43,854 bases of DNA, taken from positions 1 through 43,854 of IMG/VR virus record IMGVR_UViG_3300012922_000003, one strand, 5' to 3'. Positions 42,739-43,854 of the stretch are shown here, one piece after another. Both the position numbers and the translations under genes were made by a program. The notes under the pieces are model-generated. The model saw only the letters and a program-made list of their open reading frames with translations. It was not told the DNA's origin and did not search any database. This DNA is from a virus. Each line of letters starts with the position of its first letter. Positions within the stretch are counted from its first letter, which is position 1.

Positions 42739-43070
42739 ATCTCCTCAGGGAAGATCGGCTGCGCTCCAGCGTCGGTTCCGAGCGGCTCGGCTCCGGTCGC
42801 GTTCATGTCCATCGGTGACTGCGGCGCGCCCTCTGGCCCGCCCGGCCCCTGCGGCGGCTGCGCGCCGACGCCGATCCCGCCGAGCGCCTGCGCACGCGCC
42901 TGCACCTCATGGAAGAAGGCCGCGAGGATGCGCTGCTCGTTCACGTCGAGCTGGCGGTCGGCGAAGAGCAGCGCGAGCCCCTGCCGCGCCCACTGCTCCA
43001 GACTCAGCGTGGGGCGGTCTGGCGGTGCTTGCGCCGTCGGGCTGACGCCGGTTTCAGGTGCGAGTCCCAT
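42735..43070 (-). CDS. Hypothetical head-module protein
   Basis: 111 aa from the ATG at 43070 (GAGAGGAGA upstream; shares one nucleotide with the upstream TGA). The stop overlaps the scaffold ATG. Confidence 0.45.
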   Translation of the reverse strand: MGLAPETGVSPTAQAPPDRPTLSLEQWARQGLALLFADRQLDVNEQRILAAFFHEVQARAQALGGIGVGAQPPQGPGGPEGAPQSPMDMNATGAEPLGTDAGAQPIFPEEM

Positions 43071-43854
43071 CAGCGTCTCCTCTCGCCGGGGTCTCCGCGT
43101 GGCGGGGAACCGCCAGGGTTGTTGATGTAGCAAGGGAAGTAGACGAGCTTACCGCTGCCATCGTTGGACTCGATGCCGAGGTTCAACAGCCCGGGCGCGG
43201 TGCCGGTCCCGGTCGGCGTAAACGTCAGCGTCACGAAGCCAACCGCCCCAACACCCACCGAGAGCGTGTCCTGTGAAGCGGTGAGCAGCGGCGTCGAACC
43301 ACCGCTTGAGTTCTGAGGCGTCATGTGCGAGACGCTCAAGACGGTGGTGCCGAAGTTGAAGATCCCCACGTCCCAGGTCTGCGCCGAGCCCTCGTCAGTG
43401 AAGTAGGCAGGAGCGCTGAACTGGATCACTGGGTAGCCCGCGAATGGCAGGGCACCGATGTCTCCGCCCGCGAGGTCGTGCGAGCGGGCCTGCGAGGGGG
43501 TGGTGATCGTGGGATCGAAGGTCGCGAAGATCGAGTCGCGGAACCACGGCGACCCGTAGTAACTGGAGTCGTCGCAGCCCACGCACCACTTGGTCGTCCA
43601 GGCGGTGTTGGTGCCGGGGCGCTGTCCGCGGTCTCCGTTCTGCCACTGGAGCAGGATGCTACGGACTCCCACGGTGTCGTTCGGGTAGGAGCAGCCGATG
43701 GCGGTGCCATAGTAGGCGTAGAGGTTGCCCTCGGAGCGCAGATGGGCCGAGTGCGTGGCCTCGGTGACGAAGAACGTAGAGTCCGCGACGCGGATTGAAA
43801 CGAAGAACGCGCTCCGGTAGTTGCTCTGGTTGGGGCACGAGTTGGTCGGCGCGC
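43070..43854 (-). CDS. C-terminal part of the wrap-around secreted beta-helix protein (continues from 1..1309)
   Basis: The frame is open from the window end down to the stop at 43070..43072. Junction reading ...THSAHLRSE-GNLYAYYGTAIGCSYPNDTVGVRSILLQ was verified codon by codon. The C-terminal ~90 aa (VGFVTLTFTPTGTGTAPGLLNLGIESND) look like an Ig/ASH-type beta-sandwich. Confidence 0.75.
   Translation of the reverse strand, partial: APTNSCPNQSNYRSAFFVSIRVADSTFFVTEATHSAHLRSEGNLYAYYGTAIGCSYPNDTVGVRSILLQWQNGDRGQRPGTNTAWTTKWCVGCDDSSYYGSPWFRDSIFATFDPTITTPSQARSHDLAGGDIGALPFAGYPVIQFSAPAYFTDEGSAQTWDVGIFNFGTTVLSVSHMTPQNSSGGSTPLLTASQDTLSVGVGAVGFVTLTFTPTGTGTAPGLLNLGIESNDGSGKLVYFPCYINNPGGSPPRGDPGERRR
43732..43854. 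repeat. Terminal direct repeat, copy 2 (identical to 1..123)
   Basis: Read directly from the sequence. Confidence 0.9.

Noticed and set aside
1-43854. Lysogeny functions (integrase, CI-like repressor, attP)
   Set aside because: No tyrosine- or serine-recombinase motifs and no HTH repressor were seen in any frame. The 23-bp repeats are too close together and are internal to genes, so they cannot be att sites.

Overview
This GC-rich 43,854-bp window appears to be a complete, circularly closed genome of a tailed (podovirus-like) phage of a Gram-negative host. Positions 1..123 are identical to 43732..43854, giving a unit length of 43,731 bp, and the repeat lies inside a gene. Almost all genes are on the minus strand and are tightly packed, with many ATGA/GTGA stop-start overlaps.

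Reading along the minus strand from a ~770-bp divergent control region (11843..12613), the order is:
- a csrA-like gene, a DUF1376-type replication protein, RusA and several small Cys-rich proteins;
- an intein-containing large terminase, then portal;
- a secreted beta-helix protein that wraps the window ends;
- scaffold, major capsid and a decoration-like protein;
- two signal-peptide proteins and a LamG-like protein;
- tail tubular-like proteins, fibre and tail-collar proteins, and internal proteins including a 1935-aa giant with a ParB-like domain;
- a lysis cassette (GH108 endolysin, spanin-like protein, holin, OMP-like beta-barrel);
- a hairpin, then an early operon (RecT-like, DUF3846-like, HNH-like, PGDYG-like, DNA methyltransferase, GHL15-like, HNH endonuclease, 5'-3' exonuclease).

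Only 12614..14231 is on the plus strand. This small accessory island includes a gene carrying fourteen 9-bp tandem repeats.

I found no tRNA, rRNA, CRISPR array, integrase, obvious repressor, DNA polymerase or recognisable small terminase. All functional calls rest on motifs read by eye from the translations. No database search was run. Starts were often trimmed from the ORF track using coupling overlaps and Shine-Dalgarno sequences.
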